From NCBI GenBank assembly GCA_951406725.2, contig OX597822.1, positions 105,896,001-105,960,000 of the forward strand: 64,000 nt of DNA, read 5' to 3'. Source of the stretch: Octopus vulgaris (Eukaryota). The notes under the pieces were generated by a model, which did not search any database, was not told the DNA's origin, and saw only the letters and a list, made by a program, of their open reading frames with translations. The translations under genes were made by a program, and so were the position numbers. Below, piece by piece: positions 13,770-27,285 of this stretch. Numbering within the stretch: the first letter of the stretch is position 1; every line of letters starts with the position of its first letter.

Positions 13770-14040
13770 AATAAAATATTAGGGAACAAATCCAAATTTA
13801 CAGGGAAAAATCAGATTTAGGATTGAATCCAATTTTATAGTAAAATATTATATAATATTAATTAGAGACAAAACCACTATTTTGTAAATCAAACAAGGAA
13901 AGACTTAATACATAAAAAAAGACAGGAAACAATTGTAGTGGCGATTTATTTACTTTATATTAAAATTTTTTAATGTATTGATTAAGTCTTTCCTTGTTTG
14001 ATTTACAAAATTGTGGTTTTGTCTCTAATTAATATTATAT
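13770..14040. mobile_element. Asymmetric foldback element in (TA)n (59-bp arms 13851-13909 / 13981-14039)
   Basis: The arms are reverse-complementary with ~1 mismatch. The spacer holds a hammerhead 3' half, GAAACAATTGTA (13926-13937). A related copy lies at 46865-46990. Confidence 0.75.
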
Positions 14041-14312
14041 ATATATACAGAGAGAGAGTAGGGGGTCCATGTGTAGATAGGTGTGTATGTACTGCGTTGA
14101 TACACTCGGTACAGACGTACTCATTCCAGAAAGGGATAAATTCTGGTGTTACGCATGAGCTACTTTAAGTTTCATGCTCGAACAGTGAAGTCAACGAAAG
14201 GGTGGAGTAGAAAGTCGGCAATCCTTCAGATACGCTAAACAACGTCCAGTCGCTGCATAATCCAAGCATGAGCGCTGAAGTAGCCCCAGCGTATAATTCC
14301 TGAATTTATCAA

Positions 14313-14369
<57 letters not shown>

Positions 14370-14373
<4 letters not shown>

Positions 14374-14478
14374 AAAGTTTACGAAATTAAACAAAAGTCG
14401 AAGGCAGGTGGAGTACAAACAAACAAATGTATTAGTATAGCGCTCAGGAATAGAAAAGTATTTTACGTTTCGAGCCTA

Positions 14479-14480
<2 letters not shown>
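14370..14480 (-). mobile_element. Truncated copy of the 2262 family between (TA)n tracts
   Basis: Colinear with the left half of 21663-21870 and ends inside hammerhead stem II (gagcctacg). Confidence 0.6.
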
Positions 14481-14538
<58 letters not shown>

Positions 14539-14783
14539 TTAGATCAGTGACACCGTTTATGATGCAGTCAACATAATTTCTGTCGTGTAATTCTGAGGAA
14601 GATTTAAGTTCGAATTCCTAAAAGCTCAAGCGTATGTAGTTATTCAGTCAAAAGATCCCGATGCATAGTTTATAATGTGTCCCGCTAAGGTAGCTGTTGC
14701 ACACTTAAATGAATAAGCTTTCCGTGCGGCTTCTTGCTTATAAACATAAATACAAATTCACACATCCACACACTCACGCATTT

Positions 14784-14838
<55 letters not shown>

Positions 14839-15218
14839 TACATATACATATAAGTTAATGTATATAAACATACGTGTGTGTTTTTGTGTATGTATGTGCG
14901 CATGCGCGTGTTTGTACTACGTACGTATATAAGCGAAGCGATGGTTCAAAGAGTTATAAACGTAAGAAATTCATTTATGTGAGGTGTTACACATATAATA
15001 ATAGACGATGAAAATATAACATTGCAGCTGATTTAAATATTCAGTGAAAGGTTAATATTTAACGCATATCATGCAAAAGGATGTACATAATTACTCGAAA
15101 GCATATAAGAAAAATATATTATACAGCTAAACACGACACTTCATGCAACGAACCCCAAACATTTTCTACTATTAGTGTTTGTATATATATATATAAGTTC
15201 AGCAAAATTTAGATTCAG

Positions 15219-15605
15219 ACTAGCAGTATCACCCGGCGTTGCTCGGGTTTGTAAGGGAAATAACTATAAAGCATTTTTAGAGAGTTATAGCCAAAAAATA
15301 GCAAAAAAATGGAAAAAAAAATTATGGTAAATTTTTTTTTGAGAGTTAAAAGGTCGAGTTGCGTCCCCTAGACAGTCTGTGGTTTGTGTTTCTGATTCTC
15401 TACCCCATGTCGAATTTATCGATGTTTTTCAGAACTGGGGGAACTTTTCAAAATTTTCGCTGTGTTAGTTTTGAATTATGACATTGGGCTATGTGTGTGT
15501 CAAGTTTCATCAGAATCGGTTGAAAGCCGTGGTCAGGGTGAGGGTACAACCTAACAGACACACAGAAACACACACAGACAAACTGCCGTTTATATATAGA
15601 GAGAT
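15219..15605 (+). mobile_element. Helentron-associated non-autonomous element (HINE/DINE-1-like)
   Basis: Starts ACTAG...CCCGGCGTTGCTCGGG hairpin and ends AAGTTTCATCAGAATCGG...ACAGAC...TTTATATATAGAGAGAT. Confidence 0.7.
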
Positions 15606-15886
15606 GAATATGATACTTAAATTAAAGGCACCAGAATTTTGTATGGTATTATCCATATAAATCAAATGGGGTGATTATAATCAAAATAAGCAACAAGGAT
15701 ATCCAAGGTATAGTAGTACAATTGCTTCATGCTACTTCATTTTATTAACACTGTAAGTATTACATCAGATTTATATTGCTCGACATTTTAAAACTGATGT
15801 AATATTTACAGTGTTTAATAAAATGAACTAGCATGAAACAATTGTACTACTCTACTTTGGATATCCTTGTTGCTTATTTTCATTAT
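15603..15886. mobile_element. Asymmetric foldback element (~92-bp arms 15677-15768 / 15794-15886) with a decayed hammerhead-like motif
   Basis: The arms are reverse-complementary. The right arm reads TTAATAA a-atg-aactag-cat GAAACAATTGTA. A related single arm lies at 29765-29880. Confidence 0.7.
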
Positions 15887-15901
15887 ATATATATATATAT
15901 A

Positions 15902-16134
15902 TATTTCTTTAATACCCACAAGGGGCTAAACACAGAGGGGATTAACAAAGACAGACAAACGGATTAAGTTGATTACATCGACTCCAGTGCGTAACTGGTA
16001 CTTATTTAATCGACCCCGAAAGGATGAAAGACAAAGTCGACCTCGGCGGAATTTGAACTCAGAACGAAACGGCAGACGAAATACGGCTACGCATTTCGCC
16101 CGGCGTGCTAACGTTTCTGCCAGCTCGCCGCCTT
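15902..16134 (-). mobile_element. SINE group D
   Basis: Colinear with the 36580 copy. Confidence 0.85.
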
Positions 16135-16135
16135 T

Positions 16136-16237
<102 letters not shown>

Positions 16238-17094
16238 CGTGTGTGTGTGTGTGTGCGGGTAAGCGAGCTTCTGTGTGTGTATATGTGTGTGTAGGCGTGT
16301 GTGTGTATGAATATATATATGCCTATATAATGTGTGTGTGAAGGAGAGATGATAGAGTGTTGTTTTACGAATATACACCATGGCATTTTTTATGACACTT
16401 CAATGATACTAATTTACATATTATTGTCAAAGAGGTAGCATCGTTGTCAGAAATACTACGTTGCAAATGAATTACGCATCTAAAAATATATTTGTGTCTT
16501 TATTTAATGTGCGAGTTAGATTTCATTTGCAATAAATCGATAGAAGTGTCAGATTAAAGCGTCATATTAATGTCACGGCTTAACAATTTTTCAACTGTTA
16601 TAAATCTGAGATAGGATATCAAGATGAAGGATAGAATATTGTTTGTATGATTATTTCATAAAATACCAGGAATCTACGCAACGAAGCATAGAACAAATTA
16701 GGTACATTTTTAGACTGTAAACGTGTAGATCCAGTGACCAAATAATTCTGCAGCTACAAGTCAGACAATCGGTTTAATTAAATCTATTCAAACGCTGACA
16801 GTATTCGCTAGACTTTGTTATTAATAATGTCGATAGAGTCAGCAGCTAATGTTAATATATCAAATAGACAAAAGAGTTCCAGGTCTGTCTGAGAAGTCTT
16901 TGTATAATAAAATATCTTAAACAATATCCTTTCGTTGTTTTCTGCTGATGCATCAACCATAGATGACACGAAAAATTTTCAGAACACAATAATGCTACAG
17001 AAGATAGAAAGCGTATATGTGTACCTGTGTATGTATGTACACACATACACACCCACACACACACACACACACACATACATACATATATATATAT

Positions 17095-17476
17095 ACTCTT
17101 TACTCTCTCTTTTACTCTTTTACTTGTTTCAGTCACCTGACTGCGGCCATGGTGGAGCACCACCTTTTAGTACTTATTCTATCGGTCTCTTTTTGCCGAA
17201 CCGCTAAGCGACGGGGACCTAAACACACCAGCATCGGTTGTCAAGCAATGCTAGGGGGACAAACACAGACACACAAACACATACACACATATATATATAT
17301 ATATATACATATATACGACAGGCTTCTTTCAGTTTCCGTCTACCAAATCCACTCACAAGGCATTGGTCGGCCCGGGGCTATAGCAGAAGACACTTACCCA
17401 AGGTGCCACGCAGTGGGACTGAACCCGGAACCATGTGGCTGGTTAGCAAGCTACTTACCACACAGCCACTCCTGCG

Positions 17477-17479
<3 letters not shown>
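17095..17479 (-). mobile_element. SINE group C with internal deletion
   Basis: Reverse complement of the 25629 element, lacking the GGGGTCGA hairpin segment. Confidence 0.85.
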
Positions 17480-17555
<76 letters not shown>

Positions 17556-17561
17556 GTATAC

Positions 17562-17632
<71 letters not shown>

Positions 17633-17645
17633 CGTATACATATAC

Positions 17646-17679
<34 letters not shown>

Positions 17680-17680
17680 C

Positions 17681-17743
<63 letters not shown>

Positions 17744-17781
17744 CATATTTATATATATATATATATACGTATACATATACA

Positions 17782-17816
<35 letters not shown>

Positions 17817-17875
17817 GTATACATATACATATTTATATACATATATATACACACACACATATATATATGTGTGTG
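17479..17875. repeat. Compound (TA)n/TACA microsatellite; similar arrays at 495-720, 58445-59050, 62880-63250 and elsewhere
   Basis: Directly visible. Source of the YIYI-type spurious ORFs. Confidence 0.9.
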
Positions 17876-18031
17876 CGCATCCTCATCTTCATATACACAT
17901 AGGTGCTTATGTGCATTGAGAATGTACCGTAGCTCTTCGCTCCGGCATTCGAAACACCGAGTATTATAATGACCACCATTTACTGTTTGTTGTAATGTAT
18001 AGCATATATAAATATCACATGACTTTCTTCT

Positions 18032-18305
18032 TGTTACACATCGTTGGTCACAATGCGCTTCGCATTGTTTTAGCCTTCGAATGACGCCACCCCGCTGGCT
18101 AAGCGAGCAGGCCAACAGAAGAAAGAGTGAGAGAAAATTGTGGTGAAAGAGTACAGCAGCATCACCACCACTCCCTGCAGGAGCCTCGTGGAGCTTTTAT
18201 GTGTTTTCGATCAATAAACACACACAACGCCCGGTCTGGGAATCGAAACCGCGATCCTGCGACCGCGAGTCCGCTGCCCTAACCACTGGGCCATTGCGCC
18301 TCCAC
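18032..18305 (-). mobile_element. SINE, core A + tail 2
   Basis: Reverse complement of the 8467 element. Confidence 0.85.
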
Positions 18306-20999
18306 TGACATCACTGCTGTATCAGCTTTCCATGAATGTGTATAAGTGTTCATATAGTTATAAACACCGATACCACATACAAACCCATATACATACTTCT
18401 ATATACATATGTGTGTATATGTATATATGCATAGATACATAAATATGCATACTGAAATATAAACATACACATATAAATCTCTGTGTGTGAGAGAGGGAGT
18501 GTGTGTGTGTGTAGGTGTGTGTGTGTGTGTGTGTGTACGTGTGTGTGTGTATGTGTGTGTGTGTAAAACCTGTTGCCATTTCAAATATGTTTCAGATATG
18601 ATCGAATTTGTAAGAAAAGTATTCACTATATTTTGTTATGGAAAAAACTCTCTGAAAGTAAATAGGTGCAATTGCACCAGGTGAGTTTGAGGTGCCCTCC
18701 ATCAAGATTGATTGATGCATGCAATTTGGAATAGTTATCGTATCTTCAGCATCATACAATGGAAAGAAACAGGCGCTGGTACTACAGACATCAAACACTG
18801 CAATATAAGGAGAGATCTGTCCGTCGGTTGGTAGTGCCTCTGTTGTTCTTTTGATATTATATGATTATAGCTTTTGTAGTGAAGCAAAATTTCAATAAGC
18901 TGCCATTTGCAATAGCGTTAATATGAATATTTATACTTTATTATTTTAAGTCATTATCACAGAAATTCTAGGTATTTTTATCATAGGGTACTTTTGAAAG
19001 GAAATAATAAGATGAAATGTTTTCAAAAATTAATGCTATCAAAGGTGGTGCCCCAGCATGACCGCAGCTTTAAAGCTGAAACTAGCTAAAGATTAAAGAT
19101 AAAGATTATATTTTCGATTACCAAGAATCCATTTGTTTGTGAATCCCTTCTGATTTCGTAACGTTCTAATTTCTATAAAAAATAATAAAGATAAATCTGC
19201 CCTTGGTTCTCTATCTTGATCTTTTTCAGTTCGTATTACTTTGGAGTTGATTTTTTTTACAGTATGCCTATGCAATTATTTGTAAATTATACTTTCCTGT
19301 CACTGTTATAAGCAGAACATGACAACTACACTTCATGCCTGGCTAGAGGTAACAATAAAACTATGTTATAACCATCATGCTTAGAAAATAATATTCAAAT
19401 ATTCCTATACTACATTTAACGAAATAGTGTTGGTAACACTATAAAGTTATGCCATGAGCGGAATGCTTTTGACGATCACTATCAATGTTGTAATTGTTTT
19501 GAACAGCAACAACCAATTTTGCTGGTTGAAACCCGTCTCAGATGGCACCACTGGGAGATATCTTTAATTTTATATTCATTGAAGTCAAGTATATTCAATG
19601 ACAATATATAGCATTTATTCAATAATAATTCATTGTTTAATAAATTATATTTTGATCAAAATAATAAATTATGGAATATATTTTTTATATATAGAATGAA
19701 AACTATATTTAAGTTCATACATAACGATAAAATTAAAATTTATTTTCTGCGCATCTAAAAGCATAAAACTGGGGAAAATGTAATGCATAGCAAACTACTG
19801 CTTTAGATTCCGGAATTTTATTGCTGTGTTCTTTGATTAGTAATGGATATGTTCCTGTAATAGGAATAATTAAAGTTCTAGTATAAAAGATACAGACATG
19901 TAATAAAGATGTTTCTTTTCATTTTGAATTTCAATTGATGAATACAAATTTTATTGTTGTTTTTATCTGATTTAATTAAAGATATTTTATCGCATTTAAT
20001 TAGGAACGAAATAATGCCGAAGTGTTAACTGCAATAACGTAAGCAAGTATATTATGTGTAGATGGATGCATCTCTATAATACTTGGTATTTATTGCGTAG
20101 CATTAATTCCAACAAATATTCGTCGTGATTTTAACATAGTGGTGCACTAATCACCAACAAAGTAGGATATGGTTTTGTTACAGGAATATACTTGTACAGA
20201 ATTGAAGTACCTAACCAGTAATAGTTTTATCGACCCTAGAGGGAGAAAAGGAAAAGATGAACCTGTTGGGCTTTGAAGTTAGTTTGGTGTGAAGAGTAAC
20301 TAAAATATCAGAAGAGACTTGGCATCAATTTATCCTAGGTGGCACATGTGAGGATTGAAACTTGGGCAGGCAATCTCACTTATTTTCGTATAGTTTACTT
20401 CCAATATTTTACTTAGACCATTTTTAATTTACCCACACCATGGCAAAGAAGTAAGAACTATATAGGTTCTTTTACTACCTTTCAGTCAATAAAGAAAAGA
20501 GGCAAGAAATTCACTGATCAGGGTCGTCCCTACGATTTGTTAGTTTAAGAAGTGCAGGCATTGCCAACTTTGACATTCATCAACTTCAGTAATTGAGTAT
20601 ATTGCGAGTATTTCAGTTTCAAAAATATATATGATACCAGCCTGTATTTATTTTGAATTTAGTTTCAGATTTTTCTTTATAGATCACATATTATTTTGCA
20701 CTTCATTCATACGTATTTGGAAAAAAATTACTATTAAAAATTGGCATGAGTAATTTCCACTGCTATTACAAAACTTTACTTTTTAACCAGCTAAAACAAA
20801 TTGATAGCGCATGCCAATCGGTATTGCTTTAACTTTTGACGTTATCTTTAGTGCATCAATTATTCCATTATTTCTGAATTTAACTTCTTTTTCTTGAAAA
20901 AAAAAATTTCTTTTAAATGCTTTCTTCTTTTGCCTCTAAGAAACAGTTACAGAAAGTTGTTCGCATCTTGAAACGTACTTCTTTAAAACAGTTTGTGTA

Positions 21000-21070
<71 letters not shown>

Positions 21071-21662
21071 CATACATGTATTCTTCCACCTAAAGTTAGT
21101 CTCTGTAGCTGCTTACATTGCTAATCAATCACTTTTAAATTGTAATTCTTTTTACTTCTGTTCAAAAAAGATTTTGTTTTGAAGGAATTCAACCGAAACA
21201 TTGTTTGGCATGTTTTAGTAGTTTTTTTCTAGAGGAAAGGAATAGCATGATTGGTTAAGATTAAATTTAGTTCGAATTGCTACAGATTTGTGTTTGCATT
21301 AATCTGTAAATACAAGAAAGGAGACGGAGTGTAAATAAAAATATAGAGGCAAGGGCTGAACCTTAAAAAAGAAACGGTTTGACGTGTTGTTTAAAGTGAG
21401 CCATGTTGAACTAAGAAGTGACGGACTGAAACATACTGATTCTTATTTAGTGACATATTGATTCTATACACAGCTTCAAGAAAGTGGAGGGATGTTTAGA
21501 ATAAATGTTTCTATTTGTGACACTGGGCATTATTGTTTATATTCAATTGAAGTCTATTCAAACTGACCTCTGATGAAAAACATTCCAAATGTGACCGGTG
21601 CTTTTAGCTGTATATCAATGAACACTATTTTAGCATGTGCGGCCACGTGAGCGTGTGATACA

Positions 21663-21870
21663 TAGGGAGAGTTTACGAAAAAAACAAAAGATGAAGACAG
21701 GTGGTGTACAAACAAAACAAACATATGTATTAGTATAACGCTCCGGAATAGAAAAAGTATTTTACGTTTCGAGCCTACGCTCTTCTACAGAAAGGGACAC
21801 AGAAAAAACTAGGAGAGAAACAAGGAGAGAAAAAATGTGTGTAGTGACTAACGATCTATCATGGCGACTG
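21663..21870 (-). mobile_element. Second copy of the 2262 family (hammerhead-like motif 21760-21793)
   Basis: Colinear with 2262-2470. Minus strand reads ttt CTGTAGA a-gagc-gtag-gctc GAAACGTA aaa. Confidence 0.65.
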
Positions 21871-23165
21871 ATATTCTAACACTCTTTTAATATAAACCAT
21901 CTGTAATTGAGAGAAAATGTATGTCTTTCGTAAGCCTATTTTCATCATAATCTAATATATAGCAGAATCTAGTTCCTAGAAGTATCATATATCAGTCTAT
22001 CTTGTAGTGTCTTGAAACACTTCTCATAAGCCAATACTTGCTATACAAAGCATCATATCAAGTTATTTGTATTCGTAATATAAATATCTTGATCCTCTTA
22101 ATATCAAATTAGTTTTAATATATGAATACATTATCAATATCATATCTACATATCATATTAAGATTAAAAAAAAATCTTTCTAAACCAAGACGTTACGGCA
22201 TCTAAGACTGACCAATATTTAACCACAACCAACAATTAATAACAAACACCGCCTCTCGTGAACGTAAATCTTTGATGGCATTATTAATAATTATAACAAT
22301 ATAAAATGGGAACATCATAAACGTTCAACTTCTAAAAAATACCAATCGTCGTATACCACGAGCTTTGAAGTATTACACGAAATTACCAGATATATCTATA
22401 TATATTCAGAACGTCTTTGCAAACTTCTGACATGTCTATTTGCATAATGTGTGTATGCTGTTTCATTATATCCTAGTATACGTTTCAATTTTGTGTATCT
22501 TGCAAACCGTAACTATTGTTAGTCTTACAAGTATGCTTTCTATTTCAAACAAATCTATTTCCGAGTCAAATTGCAGAAACTTTGTCGGAATGGTGGTACA
22601 TGAAATTAAATATTATTATTTGTGTGTTTTCTTCCTTATATATTACGCGACCAAGTCCTGCCAAGGGCCACTTTACTTAATCAAGAGAAAGTATTATGTT
22701 TATTAATTAAATTCTTTCCAATATAAATAGCATCTTCTTTTCTCAGGCAGGTCTCTAATTATTAGTCAGTATCATTTTAATTAAAATATTTGACTGAAGT
22801 TTGTATTCGCGATGCCAATAGAGTTCCAATAAAAAACTACATATGTGCATGATTACACAGTCTTATGACCTAATTTGGAATAAACTGCATTTGAATTGGA
22901 CCATATCACTTCACCTTACCTATAAAGAATGAAAGTAATTTCGTAGATAGCTTTGTTTTCTAAAATAAATCATCAAACAGTAGAAATACAATTTTCAACT
23001 TCTTGTGCAAGGCCAGCAAGTTCTAGGGAGGGGAAATCGATTACATCGACCCCATTGCTCAACTGGCATGTATTTTATAGTTCTATATTTAAGAGATGAG
23101 GAATTATGTACATTATTTACATTATTTACAATTGACGGATATCTGTCCTCATCTTGCTTGTTGTT

Positions 23166-23211
23166 AACACAACGTTTCGGCTGATATACCATCCAGCTTT
23201 CATCAGGTGTC
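23166..23211 (-). ncRNA. Minimal type I hammerhead ribozyme motif with canonical core, in a PLE-like fragment (~23085-23270)
   Basis: Minus strand reads gacac CTGATGA aagctg-gatggtatat-cagcc GAAACGTT gtgtt. Stem I is gacac/gtgtt, stem II is gctg/cagc, and helix III is the palindrome ACGT. Confidence 0.75.
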
Positions 23212-23776
23212 TTGGGGAAATTTCGAACCTGGGTTGTTATTTCTAAGGTATTTTTCGATGCTGTTATTATTATTATAAGAAGAAGAGTGATTTCAAATTT
23301 TGGTAAAAAGCCAGAAATTCGAAGAACGGAGCAAGTCGATCACAGAAACGAAATTGTCTGGTACTTTATTTTATTGAGCCCTGATAGATGAAAAGCGAAG
23401 TTGACTTTGAACCCAAAAGGTAAAGGAACGGAACGCATATTGGTTTCGAATTACGGCACAAGGCCAGCAATTTTATGAGAGTGATAAGTCGATTGCATCG
23501 ACCCCAATACATGACTGGTGCTTATTTCATCAATCACAAGAGGATGAGAAGCAAAGTGGATCTCAGCAGAATTTGAGCTCAGGATATAAAGACGGACGAA
23601 ATGCTGCTAAGATTCCACCAACTCGTTACCTTAGAAACGGAACACTAATGATTCTGCAAAATTCTTAAGTGGAAACCATTATATACTTTTTGTTGAGGAA
23701 ACTACTAAATATGACAGCTATATTCAGTTAATATTCTAACTCAGTTTCTTTAATATACAAATATGTAAGACAAACT

Positions 23777-24171
23777 TACTCTTTTACTTGTTTCAGTCAT
23801 ATGACTGCGGTCATGCTGCAGCACCGCCTTCTGGTCGAGTAAATCGAACCCAGATCTTATTCTTCGTAAGCCTAGTACTTATTCTATCAGTCTCTTTTGC
23901 TGAACCGCTAAGTTACGGGGGCGTAAACACACCAGCATCGGTTGCCAAACAATGGTGGGGGGACAAACACAGACACACAAACATATACACACATAAACAT
24001 ATATATACATATATACGACGGGCTTCTTCCAGTTTCCGTCTACCAAATCCACTCACAAGGCTGTGGTCGGCCGGAGGCTATAGTAGAAGACACTTGCCCA
24101 AGGTGCCACGCAGTGGGAATGAACCCGGAACCATGTTGTTGGTAAGCAACCTACTTACCACACAGCCACTC
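23777..24171 (-). mobile_element. SINE group C
   Basis: Reverse complement of the 25629 element. Confidence 0.85.
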
Positions 24172-25628
24172 CGTTTCACATTTCTAAGAATATCTCAGGC
24201 TTTATGAACGAATCGGACAAGCTAGCACATCAAGGACTTTCACTTAATAGTTCTTAAAGATACTTGTCAAAGCATCAAATCCCAGTGATACTATGAAGGC
24301 TGTATAGATAAATATACGCATAAATCCGAAAGTTTTATTTAATTAAAACAGCTAAAACTGTTTTCGAGTAAGACATTTAATGCGACCACAGATTCAAAAA
24401 CAAATAGTTTACGATAACAACAATAATATTACTTTGTGAATATTATATATATATATATATATTCCTTTAGGAATCTTTTCGCTTTGTTTAGAAAAAGAAT
24501 TATAACAATAAATACTTCTTTGTGATTTAGTCTCTTCTAAATTAAGTTTACTTCGAACATCGTAATTCAAATAATCTACAATAAGCCTGCATCAAATATT
24601 CACCGATATTGTTTAAAAGACTAGCAGCTTCGAATAATACAAAAGTTTTTAATGAAATAATTAATATCTTTATTGTGTAGAATTGATTTCATAAAAAGCG
24701 TTATTTTGTTTTATTTAAATAATTTCTTTTTATCCGTAAAAACGCTAATCCGTTTATATTAGTTACTTCAGCATGTAAAATCGACCAGAGAGACAAATTC
24801 AACAAAGTTTTCTTTCTTCAGATGAAAGCAGTAGCAGTGGCCACTCATTTATAATATGTTCATTCATGATAGAGAATAAAACATCTTTTACTTGAGCTTG
24901 GACTTCAATGAGATATCCTGCAGCAAATCTGGCAAAGATTTTCTTTCCAATCTGAGCAAAACAAAAGGAAGAATAAAAATACAAAAAAAAGATTGTATTC
25001 ATTCTGGAAATGTTGATGACACATGATAGAGAATAGCAAAATTGAAAAGGCATAGAAATCATTGTTTAAAAAGTATTTGAGGAATACGCAAATAGGGGAA
25101 ATTGTTGACGAAAAATCAGATGATGCCAGAGGGCAAAATGAATAGAAAATAGTGATGCTTCAATACAGATTTAGCTGAATGATAATTAAAGGACATTGTC
25201 GGTCTTTAAAGAAACAAGAACATATTGATGGTACTTATGCTGTGTATATACACACACACATACACAGGTGGGATGACAGCCAAATTTAGGGTTTGTTAAA
25301 AAACATATATTTAGGAGGTCTGTGTAATTGTTATTTATAGTTCACCATGTTTTTAATTTTGAGATTCCTTTTATATATCGTTTGTTGGCCAAAAAAAACG
25401 GTAGATCGTTGCTTAATGACTGCTTTTCAGAATTGTCTTTATACTTAACGAGTTTAAAATATTCACGATAAACAAACGTACCTTTCATCCATTTGTGAAT
25501 TGCTGTTATAATGTTTGGTTGTAGTGTAGGTCAGGTCAGCTTTGATCGATCAGGCCGATAATTAGTGGAGATCTATTCAGCCCCTCCATTCTATTACAAA
25601 CATAGCGTTTTTTATGAATATATTATCC

Positions 25629-25800
25629 AGGCGCAGGAGTGGCTGTGTGGTAAGTAGCTTGCTTACCAACCACATGGTTCCAGGTTCAGTCCCACTGCGT
25701 GGCATCTTGGGCAAGTGTCTTCTGCTATAGCCTCGGGCCGACCAATGACTTGTGAGTGGATTTGGTAGACGGAAACTGAAAGAAGCCTGTCGTATATATG

Positions 25801-25833
<33 letters not shown>

Positions 25834-26059
25834 GTGTGTGTATATGTTTGTGTGTCTGTGTTTGTCCCCCCAGCATTGCTTGACAACCGATGCTGGTGTG
25901 TTTAAGTCCCCGTCACTTAGCGGTTCGGCAAATGAGACCGATAGAATAAGTACTAGGCTTACAAAGAATAAGTCCCGGGGTCGATTTGATCGACTAAAGG
26001 CGGTGCTCCAGCATAGCCGCAGTCAAATGACTGAAACAAGTAATAGAGTAATAGAGTAA
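25629..26059 (+). mobile_element. SINE group C (tRNA head, CORE-like segment, internal TA/TG microsatellite, AGTAAAAG-type tail)
   Basis: GGCGCAGGAGTGGCTGTGTGGTAAG...GGTTCAGTCCC...CTTGGGCAAGTG. At least six near-full copies lie in the window. Confidence 0.88.
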
Positions 26060-26226
26060 TGTAGCTTTCATTTCATTAGCGTGGTAGAGTACGATTTGGA
26101 GGAGATTATACTGCTATTTCTATCAGGTTAAAGAACAACACAAAAGGTCCCTATCCTGGTCTTCCATCTGAAAATGAAAATGGTATTACAATTAGGCAGA
26201 TTCTTCGACTACACCCATCTGCGAAT

Positions 26227-26589
26227 GTTAGTTAGTTAGTTAGTTAATTTGGCTCAAAAGCCAATAGCAAGGCCATGTAGGGTGGTGTTCATGTAAAGAG
26301 TTCAGGCCACTTGAGGTCCAGGGAGGCTTTGAACAAAGCGGTCGTCGGCATCTTCACCATCTCGTCTGGCAGCTTGTTCCACGGATCCGCAACCCGGACG
26401 GAGAAACTCCTCTCCTTCGATTGAGATGAAATCGTCGCAGGTAGAGCTTTTCGGAATGACCCCGCAGCCGACGCTCCGGAGCAGGAGTGAAGAACAGCTC
26501 TTTCGAGAGGTTACACTTTCCGCTTATGATGTTGTGGGCGAGAATGAGATCACCACGGCGGCGGCGTTTTTCTAGAGAATAAAGGTCGA
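26227..26589 (-). mobile_element. CR1-clade LINE 3' end
   Basis: Minus strand translates DLYSLEKRRRRGDLILAHNII...LRGHSEKL...FSVRVADPWNKLP...FKASLD, followed by a (TAAC)n tail. Confidence 0.85.
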
Positions 26590-26629
26590 TACATCAAGTA
26601 AAATATTCTTACAACGATCATATTTGCCA

Positions 26630-27285
26630 TCGACGGCTATAAACATCTCACTCGACCATATAACCCAACAACTATATACTTCTTCATTGACCATATACTG
26701 CGAAGACTACATACTCCTTGATCGATCATATAACCCTTCAACTCAATTTACCTATATCGACTATAAACTGCTACAAATTTATGCACCTGTCTGAGACCCC
26801 CTTCGGTCACAGACACAGACCATAGGATTGCACCTAGAAAGTTACCCTTCCAGGCTTAAGTCTGGGCAAGGTTATTTATGGAAGACAAGCAGTATCCCTT
26901 GCATACCGACCTCCCCTCTCCACACCACCAGTGTTGTCCAAGGGAAAGGCAACGGCCGATACAGCTTGGCACCAGTGACATCGCAACTCATTTCCACAGC
27001 TGAGTGAACTGGAAAAACGTGAAATAAAGTGTCTTACTCAAGAACACAACACGCAGCCCGGTCCGGGATTCGAGCTCACAACCTCACGATCCTAAGCTCG
27101 ACGCTCTAGCCACTGAGCCATGCGCCTTCACTTATGCACCTGTATCAACCACATAACACTACGACTATAAACTCCTACATCAACGAAATACTCCATTGAC
27201 TCCATCTCCTAGACAGACCATGTATCCCTTCGACTATATATGCCAATATCGATCATATACTCCTATGACTATATACTTCAATGTC
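26630..27285. repeat. Degenerate ~17-18-bp tandem repeat split by a SINE insertion
   Basis: Recurrent (C)GACYATATAC.CC units on both sides of 26791-27131. Confidence 0.55.
26791..27131 (-). mobile_element. SINE, core B + tail 5, 12-bp TSD
   Basis: TSD TTATGCACCTGT at 26779-26790 and 27132-27143. Confidence 0.88.

Noticed and set aside
18596-18686. Strong donor CAG|GTGAGT at 18681 as a possible upstream ERG exon
   Set aside because: The phase-0 frame has a TAG 15 nt upstream, the open frame ends in phase 2, and there is no KCNH similarity. A micro-exon or UTR exon cannot be excluded without RNA data.
24740-25320. Possible hAT-like transposase debris (also ~20330-20760)
   Set aside because: No diagnostic motif or TIR pair could be established by eye.
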